Below, piece by piece: positions 24,993-37,979 of a DNA stretch of 45,739 nucleotides. The translations under genes were made by a program, and so were the position numbers. Location of the stretch: assembly GCA_038496445.1 (NCBI GenBank), contig JALMLS010000223.1:1-45739 (forward strand), in the 5' to 3' direction. The notes under the pieces were generated by a model, which worked only from the letters and a program-made list of their open reading frames with translations, was not told where the DNA came from and ran no database searches. The DNA comes from Trichosphaerium sp. ATCC 40318. Its lineage: Eukaryota; Protista; Tubulinea. The first letter of the stretch is position 1, and every line of letters begins with the position of its first letter.

Positions 24993-27627
24993 ATGGCGGC
25001 AACGCCACCAAACGAAATACGGGAACTTGCGCTACTCTCAGAACATTTTGGGGCACTTGTAAACAATAACGCCCAAAGCGATGTTACTTTTATGGTTGGC
25101 GTCGAAGACGAAGAACCACAGCCAATATACGCGCATAGATTAATTCTAGCTTGTAGAAGGTACGATTTTCTGTAATTCGTATAATATACACCGTAAACCT
25201 TCCCCCACTCGTTAAAAACTTCAACAACGTCGTATTTCATAATTTTACATTGTTTGGGGTAAATACATTTCCTAAACCTCTAAATCTGCTTTGATTTATT
25301 AATACAGTAACAAGACGGCGTAAAAAAACGATTTCAGTAATCTTTTTCTGTAAACAAAAGTGTAAAATGGAACAAACTAACTTTTTTTTTCTTTTTTGTA
25401 GCCCAGTTCTTGCTTCGATGCTTCTTGGATCTCTTAAGGAAAGCCAAGAACGTGAAATACCAATAGGAAATATTAGACACGATATCTTCAAATTAATGAT
25501 GCAGTACGTACACGTGGTTTTAAAAACAGCGTAAAGAGAAAACACGAAACACGTGTTTCTGACAAACACAAAAACCGTTTCTTTTTTGAAAACTTTTTTT
25601 TTCTGAAATTCGGTTCGTATTCGTTTTCTTTACTCGCTTGAACGTTGGTATCTTCACCACACCTGTGCCATATTTTATTCTAGACTATGGGACAATTTGT
25701 TTGTCTGTTATTATACGACAAAGCGAGAAATAACGTTCGAACTATTTTTTTTTTGAAACAATTACTGCTTCTTTATTGTTTCTGTTTGCTTACTGTTGGT
25801 GTTCAGGTATATTTACACAGGTGCCGTGAGCGTTACAGCAGAGACTGTTGTCCCTCTCCTTGCCTCTGCCGATCAGTATCAATTGCTACAGCTGAAGAGC
25901 AAATGTTTTAATTACATGGAAAAGTTTTTAACAAAAAACACAGTTTGTACATTATTACAAACAGCCATGATGTATGGTAATCATGGTACGCATATTAATA
26001 GTTTTTATTTAAATTAAAATCAACAAAAATGAGCTTACACAATACAACAGACTTTGCTAGTAAGTGCAAAATGTTCATATCATGTCATACAAGAGATGTC
26101 ATAAACTCAGATGATTTCTTGACATTGTCACAACAGTCACTCCGTGAAATGTTAATGAGTACGCTTCTAAACATATTGTCAACAGTCTTTACATACCCTC
26201 TTACATGATTGATTTGTTTATAGCGGATCAACTTGATGTAGAGGAGCTAGAACTTTACAAAGCGCTTTTGAGATGGGGTGAAAAAAATCTGGAAAAAAAC
26301 AACAACAGCACCAGCCTGAAGGAAACTCTTTTACCTCTTATTCCCTTTATAAGGTACCTTACATACTCAAAACATATTTAGTGAATGTTAGATAACTTCA
26401 AATGTCTTTTCATTAACGAAAACAAAGGTTTCCTCTTATTCTCCCAGATGACTTAATGAATATTGTTAAGCCAAGCGGAGTTGTTCCTCTTGAGGTTTAT
26501 GTTCAAGTACGATTATAAATTCATTTGTTTATTTCTTTTACTGATAACCTTTTAAAAGGCTATAGAGTACCATTTATGCCCTGATAATGTTGACACGAGT
26601 GGTACAATGTTCAAAGTGAGTTTTATTTTTTTTTACTTCATCAATATTTTCGAGAGTTTTTTTTCAGCTTTTCCCACCATACTTGATCCTGTAACTCCAA
26701 TATGCTATTGGAAACGGGTGTATTGATATGTGTTACATCGATTTTCACACCATAGCTTATCGTAAATCATGTTATTAACTCGTTTTTTTCAAATAACAGC
26801 CAAGGGTACCTGCTCCTGTATTCACGTGGCAAGGAAACTCAAAAGAGTTTCAGTTTACTGAAGGAGGTACGCAGGCATATAAAACACTTTTTCACATGCT
26901 TATGTGTTAACAGGGTTAAACGCAAAGCGTATTGGGTCTAACTACTGGACGAAAGTGTTTGGTTCTCATGGATTTTCTTCAGGAAAGGTAAAGTTCATAT
27001 TTCTGTTTGTTTGAGCTCACGCCAATACATGATTCTCATTTTCTCTAATTGTCGTTTATCAAGGCCTTTTGGGAAGTTAAGATTGTAAATATCAATGGAA
27101 ATGATAAGAGTGGACTTATCATTGGTGTGACAAGTTGTAAAGAACGGTATGTAGATTTTGTTCATTTTTTTTTCTTGATTTGAAGAAAAAACGGTACCAA
27201 CGTACTATCAAATAATATAAATGAGCCTGATACGAAATATACAATATTAGAATTATAAAATAGACACAAATTCTAAAATCAAATTCAGTCAGTGTGCCAC
27301 AGGAGCAAAACTTTTTTTTTTCTTTTCTGTGAAAAAAAATACTCGCTTACCAGCTTTTTGTTTAGATCGGCTTATTGTAAAGATCTTGGTATTGGTATGG
27401 CTGGTCATTGTTATAGGCTTTCATCAGAATTAAAAGCAGTACCTATAGAAGTATCAACAGGGTTTAAAATAGGGATTCAACTTGATCTTGTTAAGCTTAA
27501 AGCTTCTTTTTTTGTTAATGGTATTGCTTTATCAATGCAAGGAGAGCTAGAGAAAGGACTGACATACTGGCCAGTAGTACATATGCATTATAAAGATGAT
27601 GCAATAGCATTGGTTGAAGTACAATGA
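24993..27627 (+). CDS. BTB/POZ-BACK-SPRY domain protein (multi-exon; putative Cullin3 adaptor)
   Basis: BTB: SDVTFMVG...IYAHRLILAC.SPVL...YIYTG...LLASADQYQL. BACK: FLTLSQQSL...ELELYKALLRWG...IRFPLI. SPRY: GFSSGKAFWEVKI...IIGVT...IGIQLDL...FFVNG...YWPVV. Confidence 0.88.
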
Positions 27628-28261
27628 AAATAACCACTTAAGTAACAAAACGTGAAAACATTCAATGAATGGATGAAAAAAAGATCATCATTCGATAAGA
27701 AAAAAAAAAAAAAACTGATGTAATTTTCTAACAATGTATGTGTTGATAAAATACTTATAAAAAAATATCTTATATTATATTCTTACTTGTACTATGTTGC
27801 TTTGTCACTGACTTTACTTGTTGATCAATTACTACAAGACTTAGTGTCAAGCGTTTGGTTGTACTACAAGATTGACAATATAAAGTCAGACACGATAGAT
27901 TAGCAATGATGAGTAGCAACCAATCAAAACTACTATGCCGTCCCTAAAGTCCTTTTTTTGTTGTAAAAATGCTATTTGTTTCCTTTCTCATGTAACACTA
28001 CCTCAAAAGTCCTTATTTTAATGTAACCATGCTTGTTCTTTACAACTTGTGTAGAGATGGGCTCAAGCTATTAGCAATACGTTGAAAAAAAAAACAAGAA
28101 AAAAAACACTATGAAAACAAATAGCTTCATTGTTTTATGCTCATTGCCACCTCTAGATTCACTGCCTCCAGTCAAGACAAATAGCAAAAAATTCTTTTCA
28201 GGGCATACTATTTATTCTTGTACAGATAATAGTAAAAAGTGAACAACGTAAGTTAAGTATC

Positions 28262-29051
28262 TTAGTAGGTTTCTTCAAACTTCAATTTACCAATCTCATT
28301 CCATGTCATATACTTTCCTTTCAATCTATCATTAGAGTAATAACAAAGTCTTTGAAGTTGTCCATTATTATACCATTCCTTGTACTCTCCATTTTTCTTA
28401 CCATTCAAATAATTACCATGTGCAATTAATACACCTTCTTCATTCCACTTTTTGAACTCTCCGTCTCTCTTGTCTTTGACATACTTACATTGTAAAATCA
28501 ATTTACCATTCTTGTTCCAAGTTTTGTAATCTCCTTCTTGCCTACCTTCTTTGTAATAAGATTCTTCGTTTAATATACCATTACTATGCCAGTATTTACA
28601 CACTCCTTCTTTGTTATTATTTACATAATGACATCTCATACAGAGTCTTCCGTTGTCAACAGAGTAATGTTCAAGCTCTCCTTCAATCATGCCATTGATA
28701 AAATTATACTTCTTTATCAGTTTGCCATTACTCCACTCTTTATACACACCTTCTACTTTACTGTGTACAAACGTAACTTGTTTTTCAACAACAACAGGTT
28801 CACTATATAATCCCCACCCGTTATTTCGTTTCCTGCGGCTCAGCCACTTTCCATGTTTCTTCATTTCATCATCGAACCTCGTTGTTATTGCTGAGTATTT
28901 AGATAACAAAGGCCACTTAACATATACTTCATAGTCTAAATCCATGATATCTAGCTGTATTTCATGCGGGAGGCTTAGGAGAAATGTACTATTAACCGAA
29001 GGAAGGCAGTTTGGCTAAATACAAGTAGTAGTTAGCCAAGAATTACAGCAT
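28262..29051 (-). CDS. F-box-like + MORN-variant (YwqK-like) repeat protein; exons 29051-29047 and 28988-28262
   Basis: ATGCT|GTAATT...TAATAG|T ACA gives MLTFLLSLPHEIQLDIMDL (F-box-like), followed by repeats of the form EG.YK.W..NG.L.....Y.NGK. Confidence 0.78.
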
Positions 29052-29479
29052 CTTTGCCTTTCCACTTTTTTTGTTCAAAAAATCCAGGTGAGCGTAGGAG
29101 AGAGAAATAAAATCTAATTTATAAAACGATGTATTAAAATACACTCTCGAGTCATATTTTGCAGAAAATCTTATGTCTTGACCGCATCGCATACCTTGAA
29201 GTTTGTTTTTGCCATTTCTGCAATTTTAAAGGGTACAGGAAAGATGAGTATGCGTGTAAGAGATGTGGCCTTAGTTGTAGGATAATAGATAATTCAAAGA
29301 ATTTTATTTGAAATTTGGTTACGAGGTATACAGTCAAGCATGGTCACATGCTAAGAACTCATTCTCTTAGATCCAGAGAAGGTTGTTTTCGGTATGGCAG
29401 CTTTGGAGAGGATAGTTGGTATGTATGGCGTTTCAAGTAAGTTATTTGTTAGGATAAAATAGTCCATTTATCAAACAAG

Positions 29480-29835
29480 GGACGTACCGGCCCAAACGTG
29501 CCATCTTTTATGAGATATTGTTCACAACCACGTTGGGTCTATTACTCCACAATACGACTATTGTTCTCAGACTGAGTGAGCTACCAAACGACATTATTGC
29601 GGCATTGGCAGGTGTACACACTATCAACCTATGTCGTTATAAGTCAATAACAGACAATGGCATTGCAGCATTGGCAGGTGTACATGAGATTGATTTATCA
29701 TCTACAAATGTAACACATGCAGGTTTAAAGGCAATTTCAGGTGTACACACCATCTGGTTGGAGTACCGCAGAAATGTAGAGCTACCAGTTATTAAAACAT
29801 TGACAGGTGCACATAAAATACGTTTTCTTGGATAA
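29480..29835 (+). pseudogene. decayed F-box/LRR gene
   Basis: AQTCHLL*DIVH resembles CQTCHRMASVIH of the 41772 gene. LAGVHTINL...ITDNGIAALAGVHEIDLS repeats. Stop and frameshift present. Confidence 0.7.
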
Positions 29836-30268
29836 ACTGTGATAAACAAGCTCAAAATCAAGACATTTATCGCTTTTATTGATAATTCTTCAACTCCAGC
29901 ATGAACAGATGTACAACTGTTACCTTACCAAAGGTTGCTGAAATGGGGACCGGGATTGTATTTTATATATGTCAACACTGAAGGGAACAAAACTAGTTAG
30001 GTGTCTTTCCACGTGTACAAAAAATAAAATGATTTCCAAATTTCTCAACATTGTAATACACTGCATTTTGATTTACTAACTAGCTACTGGATTTTTATCT
30101 ATTGTAGTCACGTGTTTATTATTATTACGAAATTACACGAAATTTCTCTAGTCACGTCTTCTCAAACACGTAGCCAGACAACCGTTGATTTGCAGAGCAA
30201 TATATTTGGACAGAGTGTGGTTCTCGTTTTATAAACTAACTATAATTTCACTTTTCGAAAAGTTCTGT

Positions 30269-31131
30269 TTACATCACTGAACAAGATTGTACACGCTGGC
30301 CATTGTTATAGTTGGCTTCTTCGTTCAAAATACCATTTTCATCCCATGCTTTGAAATCTCCTTCACGTCTACCATTGATATAATGGCAATTCTTTGACAG
30401 TTGGCCAGTGAAATACCATTGCTTGTACTCCCCTTCAATTTACCATTGACGAAAAAACAGTACTTCGATAGTTGGCCATTAGCATACCATATCCTGTGCT
30501 CTCCTTGTCGAGTCCCATTAACGTAACTTGTCTTCTCCCTTAACTGGCCATTTTTATGGTACCACATTTTTAACTCTCCATCAATTAATCCGTTGACATA
30601 GTGCCATTGTCGTTTCAGTTTACCACTTTCATACCATACTTTGTAGTCTCCCACAAGTTTATCTTTTTTAAGATAATATTGCTCTTGTAATTGACCGTTT
30701 TTATACCATAGTTTAACTATTTGATCTTCATTGCTTCCATTGATGTAGTGCTGACGACTTGCAAGTTGACCGTGTTCTACTTGTTGGCCATCTATGTACT
30801 GATATCTGTCATGTACCTGACCATTTTCATACCACGTGATAAAATCTCCATGTCGTTTACCATGTGACATACTCATTTGACAAACTAGCTGCATTTTGTT
30901 TTGCTGTTTGGTTCTAAATTTTTTCCACTTTCCATGTTGTTTCATCTTGTAATCATACCTTGATGTTGTTGCTGTGTACTTTGATAGACTTGGCCAAATT
31001 AAATACACGTCACATGATAAATCAACAAAAATAAGCTGTATCTCAACAAGAAGGTCTAGCAATCTACATGTAGGTTGTAACGTGTCGGTAGTACATCTTC
31101 AAGAAAAACAAATTACATACCTCGTTTCCAT
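30269..31131 (-). pseudogene. F-box-like + MORN-variant repeat gene with apparent frameshift; exons 31131-31121 and 31063-30269
   Basis: ATGGAAACGAG|GTATGT...TAG|A TTG gives METRLLDLLVEIQ. MORN repeats continue in another frame after a G-run near 30430 (GEYKQWYFTGQL...EGDFKAWDENG). Confidence 0.72.
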
Positions 31132-31479
31132 AGTTTTCAAACACAGCTGGTTCCTCGCTGTTCTTTGTTGTTAATGCATTTCGCATGAACTCCACCTGTT
31201 ACCTCTCCTTCTCCCTACGAAATGAATGGTTTTAGTGGATTATTAGGTACAAGCTTGTACTTATTTTTATCAATTCACGTGGTTTGTGTATTTTGTTTTG
31301 AATGACGCCAAGCCTTGACACGCCTTGACTGTTTTACTGAGAAGCTGTCAAAAACAAAGTCAGTTCGATCCAATTGTTGAGTAGTAATAAATCCTGAAAG
31401 TAACAAGGTTCACAACAGATGGGTAAGGTTCTTTCCCCAAAAAAATAACTGAACGAGAGGTGCAAGTCTTCTGTTTTAT

Positions 31480-33525
31480 TTATTTTTTTGAGATTGAAAC
31501 AGTAAGGATTGTATCTGGTTGTATATTTACTATGGGCTGAACCAATACCTTTGTTCCTTGAAGCTTCCAAGTTGCAGTTCCTGGAGGTGTGATAACAACA
31601 GTGAAACCGTTGGGGTAGTGGTACTCTACAAGACAAAAAAATAAACACGTGACTTCTCAAAAGATAAATAGTTCTTGCCTTGGTTGACAAAAATCTCTGT
31701 TGGTTGCTTAATTTTAACATCAACTGTGTATGAAAGCTTAAAATCTCCGGTTTCAGGATCAAAAGTCATCGATTGAATACGTCCAGCAGTCGCTGCAATA
31801 AGAATAATTTAAAAAAAAAATGTACAAAAGATGTTTAGCAAAGGAAGCTTACCTTGTGCGTATATTCTGCTAAGGGCCTTAACTTTATCAACTAAGAGAT
31901 CTCCTGCTTCATCATAAACTCCAAAGGACCATCCGGTTATCCTAACAAATGCTTTGTACTCCCTTTTTGATTTAGCCGAGAAATGTGACTTGATATAAAG
32001 ACGAGTTACCAAGCAATCCAGCTCTGCAAGTATTGATCTGCCAATTTAGATACATTATGTATATCTTCAATGGTATCGAGACCATACTCAGTGAGCATAC
32101 CACCACATTGGAGCTTCTTGATATCAGCCATACGCGCACTGAAACCACCTATAAAGTAATAAGTTGTGGTTTTTTTTTTTGGATAAGAAAACAAACGTAC
32201 TGGCGTAGTCTAGTTGTGGTGGCAAGTACAAGTGATAACTGAACACACTTCTATTTTTATAAACGTCTCCACCAGGGACATTTTCGAATCCAACACCAAA
32301 GTCATCCCAAGTTACTGACTCGAAGAAAATTGAGTGCTAAGTAAATGTTACCGCTAAATAATGGTTTTTTGCATCTCTTTTTTTTTGTCAACATACGTCT
32401 TCATCAACAGATCGAATTGCTTTCTGTACATTCTCATACATAGGAGCAAGATTTTTAGTATCAGCAATAGTAGGTACCATCAATGTTGGATCCAAATAAA
32501 TATCTCCAGCCCAAGGCTAAAGATGTTATTGAATTACAAAAAAACACAAAAAATGTATGGGATTCTTCGTTTTACCTCGTTCATCAATTCGTATCCTACT
32601 ACGTACTTTGAAGACTTGTAGAGTTCTGCTAAAGTCTTCCAGTACCCAGAGAATGCATCTTGTACACCGTCAACATTCGAATAAAGAGACTGGTAAGCTG
32701 ATGACTGCTCTTCAGCGATTTGATAAGTAGCCCAAGAGTACTTATCACAGTCTTTCTTGAACGGATGCCCAGTGGCGTTGTTGATAGGATATGCGATATC
32801 AACTGGTTCTGGAAACTTGAAAGCACCTGATCTTGAAACAGCAGCCCAGTCTGAAAGTTAAATGAGATCCCTCGAGGTACGGAAGTGGCAGCAAACGTAC
32901 CAGGAATGCCTTCACCGCAATACTTTTCAGATAACCTAAAGTGTTGTTTTAGTCTAAATTTCTTAGCAGTGCGTTTGTCTTACAGGTCTTGATGAAAGTC
33001 AACAAGTGTGTATATATCATGTGATGCCATGTCATCAACCAACTTCTTCATAACCTCTTAAGAAAACAAAGAATGTTAAAACGAAAAATCAACAACACTC
33101 TTTGGTACAAGCAAACTAAACACTTACGCAAATACGTTTGATTGTATTGACCACGTGTTGGTTCAACTCCAGGCCACATCTAAAATGTCACGTGAGCCAT
33201 ATTAAGCAAAAATAGGAAGATGTTTGAGCCGTACTACTCCTAATCTGACTATATTCATACCCCAACTCTCTAGTTGTTCAAGATCTTTCTCTGCGAAAGA
33301 AGTGTAAGGGTTGAACCTAAATAGGCACTTTTAGCCGACTTTTAAAAGTAGTAAGAGGACAAATAACGGACTCATTGACATCTGGGTGCCATGTTTGTAG
33401 ACTACAGTTACGCCATGAAATATGCGTTCACGTCCAAATTCATCAACAAGCTTTTGTGTTTCTGGAATGACTGAAATAAAAGCGTACGAGGTACAAACAA
33501 AAAAGATAAGATAAAGAACTTTCAT
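31480..33525 (-). CDS. GH5 glycoside hydrolase, endoglycoceramidase-like (multi-exon; apparent frameshift near 33393)
   Basis: Signal peptide. DEFGRERIFHGV, WGMNIVRLGVMWPGVEPTRG, DFHQD, CGEGIP, GYELMNEPWAG (acid/base), LTEYG (nucleophile), LSRIYAQATAG, TEIFV. Confidence 0.88.
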
Positions 33526-34482
33526 TGTTTCATGCAAGGGAAAACTCGACTAACTGTTTTAAACATGACTACTTTTGACTTATAGTAGGCACGTGAAGTG
33601 CCATTCTTAGTTATATTCTATCCCACGTGATTGAACTTTTGTTTTTGGACGTTTCAGGCAGCATACCTAGTTTCGCTAAAAGCTATTAGAGCGAATCAAA
33701 TGGATGCTGTATTTGTTACTTGTGAATCGCCGTATATTCTAAGCCAAGTTCTGCTGAGGTGCCTACACTTACGAATAAGACTGCAAACTCTTCTTGTAAT
33801 CGTACGCGTGGTCTATGGCTTTAAGTGTATGGAATAACTCACACATGCACTGGTAGAAACGCTCAAGTTGGTAATCTTGGCTACAATAGTCCTATCAATG
33901 TACGTGTACAAGAGGTACAGTTCTTGCCTTTAGAGTGTCTATAGATGCAACAAGCGATGTTGAATGCACAGATACTATCACATTTGTAACAAGCGGCCTA
34001 GTTGCTATTCCTGAAAATAGGGACAATGCGCTGTCGAACAACTGTAGAATGCGGTAATACTTCGTATGATATTCCTACTTGTAAATTCTAAACATAACAA
34101 ACCAGCAATACACCTGCGAGTTTAATCATAGATGGTATTGTCCAATTTTTCTTGGTACCAACACTATCACGTGACCTTGTTATGTCCATATAGTAGTTAG
34201 AGACCTAAAACGATCAAGTTGTGTAGTACACAAGTTCGCTTAGCTACAGTACAATTGCCGTTTTGAGTTTTCAAGGCATGCTGAATACTAAACACTTATT
34301 TATATTCGCTGATACAGTCACTTTGGGAGCTGTTCTTGTACCATAAAGGATTAAACTCGTGGCACTAAAACCTCAGCAAAACAAGAAAAAAACAGGATTT
34401 GACGAAGACTATGTTTATGTAAGTCGGACAACGCGTTGTTGGTTTTTTCAGAACAGATTAATTGACTTCAAATCCCAAAGAG

Positions 34483-36349
34483 TTAAATTCTATGGAGCTG
34501 CGAAAGTGAGTCTGTATGAACAGCTAGAATATCTCCAAATCTTCCTGATTTCCAAGGATTTTCAACGTCGTTATAGTGATAAATAAAGCTTGAAAAATGC
34601 CTGCAAGAAAATAAGAAAAAAAACACATAATAAAAAAAGAAATGTTTGCCTTGAAGTTTCATTTGGAAATGGACCATGCATATTGTGGAATGTCAGTACC
34701 TATTATTGCATTTATTAGTTCCGTTTTATATTACTTACTTTAGTCTTACGTATCCAGAATCGAACAATATATTCAAGAGATCTTCTGCTGTTGCACCTGA
34801 GTTTTCTATTGCCCAAGGCCAAAACTCAACTTGAACAAATGTTGGTTTCTTTTCAACCAAGATGTTTATTGCTCCCTGAAGAACATGGAAGTCGTTTCCT
34901 TGAGTATCAGACTAACAAATAATCCTTTAAAATACATACAAACAAAAATAGGTAGCAAAGAAATAGAGAAAAACTGTTGCAAAGGATTCGACCCTAAATA
35001 ACACTATTTTGAGTTAGCGCTAAGCCTGATTTTCTGGACGGTTTATGAATATAGGTAGTGTAACTCTGCAAGCTATCCATTAGTGTATCCTTATAGAGGA
35101 CTTTACACGAGCATAGGAGTAGAAAGTCACGTGTGCGCTACAAAATCGGGAGTGGCCGTTTAAAAAGTAGGCTTAACGTTAAACAAAGTAGTGTTGTATC
35201 AGGTCAAATCCACAAAAATAGTTAGCAAAAAACTGTGTCCTTTTATCTGATGGTTACCTTAATAATATCTACCGGTGACTCTTCAGGAATAAATGTATCC
35301 AAGCTAATTACCCTTATCTTTATTTTATAATGACCTAAAAGAAAACTAAGATATTTGTTCTAAGAGCAAATGTTTTGTTTTTTACCTTTAGCTTCGTTAA
35401 ATACACCCTTTTGATTATCAAGTGCAGATTGTTGTGATTTATCTCCTGTTACAAAAAACGTAGCATCTTCTTTAGGTTCACTTGAAACTGCTGCATTAAT
35501 CACGTGCATCTTACAGAGACAGTCAAAAAAAGTTGAAATGAACGAAATTCATTAAATAAGTTTTTGTGTTTTCACCTTTTTCAGTTGTTCCTCTGGAAGC
35601 GTTCTACTTTTGTTCAATATATGTTTAACAAGCAATGGGTTTGCTTCAAAGGAGTATACGTTTGATATTTTATCATTCTTGAGGAACGTAAATAGCTCTT
35701 CACCTGAGTGAGCACCAACATCAATAGCAACAGCTAAATCCCCTCTTGCTTCTGCAATTCTTTCTGCTGTAACCACACTTGCAAATCTTCCTATATTAAA
35801 CGTGAAGCTTACTGGGTTCTCTTTGATTGTTTTGTTGCATTCTTCAGGAGTCAAAAAGTCAGGCTTTAAAACCATCAAACCTCCTAGAACTCAAAAGTTA
35901 TAGAAACGGTCCAACCAACAAAAAAACACTCACCTAGGCATGAGAATAGTTTTTGATTTATAGGAATCTCATCTACGCTAGTAATGTGATGTAGATCTTC
36001 ATAAGATAAAGTGACCTCTGTCATGGGTTTGATGTCAACCATGTTATCTTTCGGGCTATCATCTACAGGTGAAGAAATGTCTACTTTTTTAAGATGTTTG
36101 GTCAGTTTGTTATGATTTCTAGTCACGTGATATTTTGGTTTTACCTATTCCAAGTAGAAAGAATACTAGCATAACGCCACAAAACGCTGTAACCATCAGT
36201 ATCAGCCTTAAACACGATAAGAATAGATCGAGACAATGCTCGGGTAATGTAAAAAGAGTTTTAGAGATATATCTGTTAGAATACTTAGTAAAATACCAGG
36301 CATACATGCGCGGTGCGAAATAGCGATGAGGTGGCTTGTTTTGTTTCAT
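34483..36349 (-). CDS. FkbM-family SAM-dependent methyltransferase with N-terminal membrane anchor (multi-exon)
   Basis: AIDVGAHSG, VYSFEANP, VINAAVS, ISLDTFI, VDIIK-SDTQGNDFHVLQGA, VQVEFWP. Hydrophobic LILMVTAFCGVMLVFFLLG near the N-terminus. Confidence 0.85.
34984..35211. mobile_element. MITE-like element with about 44 bp imperfect TIRs, inside an FkbM intron
   Basis: Left GGATTCGACCCTAAATAACACTATTTTGAGTTAGCGCTAAGCCT versus reverse complement of the right end GGATTTGACCTGATACAACACTACTTTGTTTAACGTTAAGCCT. Second copy at 23053. Confidence 0.75.
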
Positions 36350-36885
36350 TGATGAAATGTATCACGTTCGGTAGTGATGGGACAGGAATGACAGTCTTTA
36401 CGGTCCTTACAAGCAAAAAAATAAGAAGACCGTTTTACACTGAATCTTTGAAAAAGGTGCAAGTTTTGCCGAAACCTACAACTTATTTTCAAAGTAACTT
36501 TGGACAATATTCATGCGCTACCCAAATAGCTGAATGGTTGGCAACACTAGCATTTCCTACTGTACTATCATTGGACGAAACTCTTCTATGCAGATGGTTT
36601 CACAAAAGTACAAGAGGTGCTTCAAACAAAGTTATCACATGCTTTGAACCTTCGGTGAATGGTCACGTTAACTTCCTTTTTTTTTTTGTTCCAACATTGG
36701 CACGCAAGTCACATTGTATGTATTGATAAAAAGTCATGTTATCAGCTTTGACAATTAGTCCTACAGCACCAAATGTGTTTCATGGAGATACTAGTTTGTT
36801 TTTCTTACTGATTAATGGAACTTTACTAGAGCAACTGCTCACATATTGCACATGACGCGAAATAATTTTGCTGAATGTTTCCAAG

Positions 36886-37058
36886 CTAATTAATTTTGCA
36901 CCTACCAGTGCGCTTATCCCAATGATAGATAGCGTGTACACCTGCCAATGCTGCAATGCCATTGTATGTTATTGATTTACAATAAAATAGGTTGATAGTA
37001 TGTACACCTGCCAATGCCTTCAAACCTTCATCTGTTACATTTGTATCTGATAAATCAT
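36886..37058 (-). pseudogene. LRR repeat fragment (GVHTI.L family)
   Basis: DLSDTNVTDEGLKALAGVHTINLFYCKSITYNGIAALAGVH, very similar to 29600-29830. No F-box or proper start seen. Confidence 0.7.
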
Positions 37059-37979
37059 TCTTACCGACATTAAGCCAAGGGTACACACTTACATGAACAC
37101 GGCCAGCAACTTTCAGTATGTTGTACCGGTTCTGTGTATTTTATCATGTGTACAAAGAAAGTGTCAAGATAACTCATACTACACAACGAACTCCTGTTGA
37201 AAAATTGAAGTTGTTAGACGTCCCATGGAAGACCGAAATTACGACCATTTCTTTCCCCGTCACTGTTTCGTTGAAAAAAAAGTAGAACCATTTTGGATAC
37301 TATGTTGTCACAATAATAGACTTGTACTTAGATTAATAAATAGACTTAACTTATAACTCGTACCTCGCATATACCTCGCACCTTCTTGTCGTGACATTAA
37401 CAATTTTCCGTTTTGCAAACCAGAATAGTTTCCTTGTCATTTGAGGTGCCTGTTAGCAAATAAAACTCGTCCAGTTTTAAAAGCGCTCATCACTACTGTA
37501 CTGCAAATAGCCGAATTTGGATCTCTCACGCACGCAGGAAGCGTACAGACGCCGTAACGTTAAGTAGAAGTCAGCTGTCTGATTTTTTTATTCCGCTTAA
37601 GTTGTTCGTTTCATGGCTGTTGAATTAAAAGTGCTAGGTGGTCCCAAAAAGCTGAGCGCGCACTATTGTTCCAACAATAATACCAGTTATTCCGTGGTTC
37701 ATGTGACTCTTGGTGTTTGTCGCGAATGACTCCTTGTATTTTAGGTAGTGAAGTAGATACAGACTTTAAAAATTAAGAGATGTTGTAGGTAATCACCTAA
37801 TCGAAAAAACCAGCGATTTATTTTCGGAACATGCTCTTATTATCGCTCTGTTGTCTTTCCATGGCTCACGTCATCTGTGAGGTAATTACGTTCTTTTGAG
37901 TACGTCACGAAGTATTGAATTCAACATGTTGTCATAAAAGGATCTTCCCGATCTTTTTTTTTTTTTCATTTTCAAAAAC

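Noticed and set aside
26690-26760. Hairpins in a BTB intron as a possible H/ACA snoRNA
   Set aside because: H and ACA boxes could not be placed convincingly.
28262-31131. Bacterial YwqK toxin-antitoxin or integrated giant virus
   Set aside because: The genes have spliceosomal introns and eukaryotic neighbours, and no toxin partner or viral core genes are present.
33630-34140. Coding-like Cys/Thr-rich stretch
   Set aside because: Stops in all frames and no identifiable family.
34211-34230. GATCAAGTTGTGTAGTAC resembling U2 snRNA
   Set aside because: The flanking U2 5' stem and Sm site are absent.
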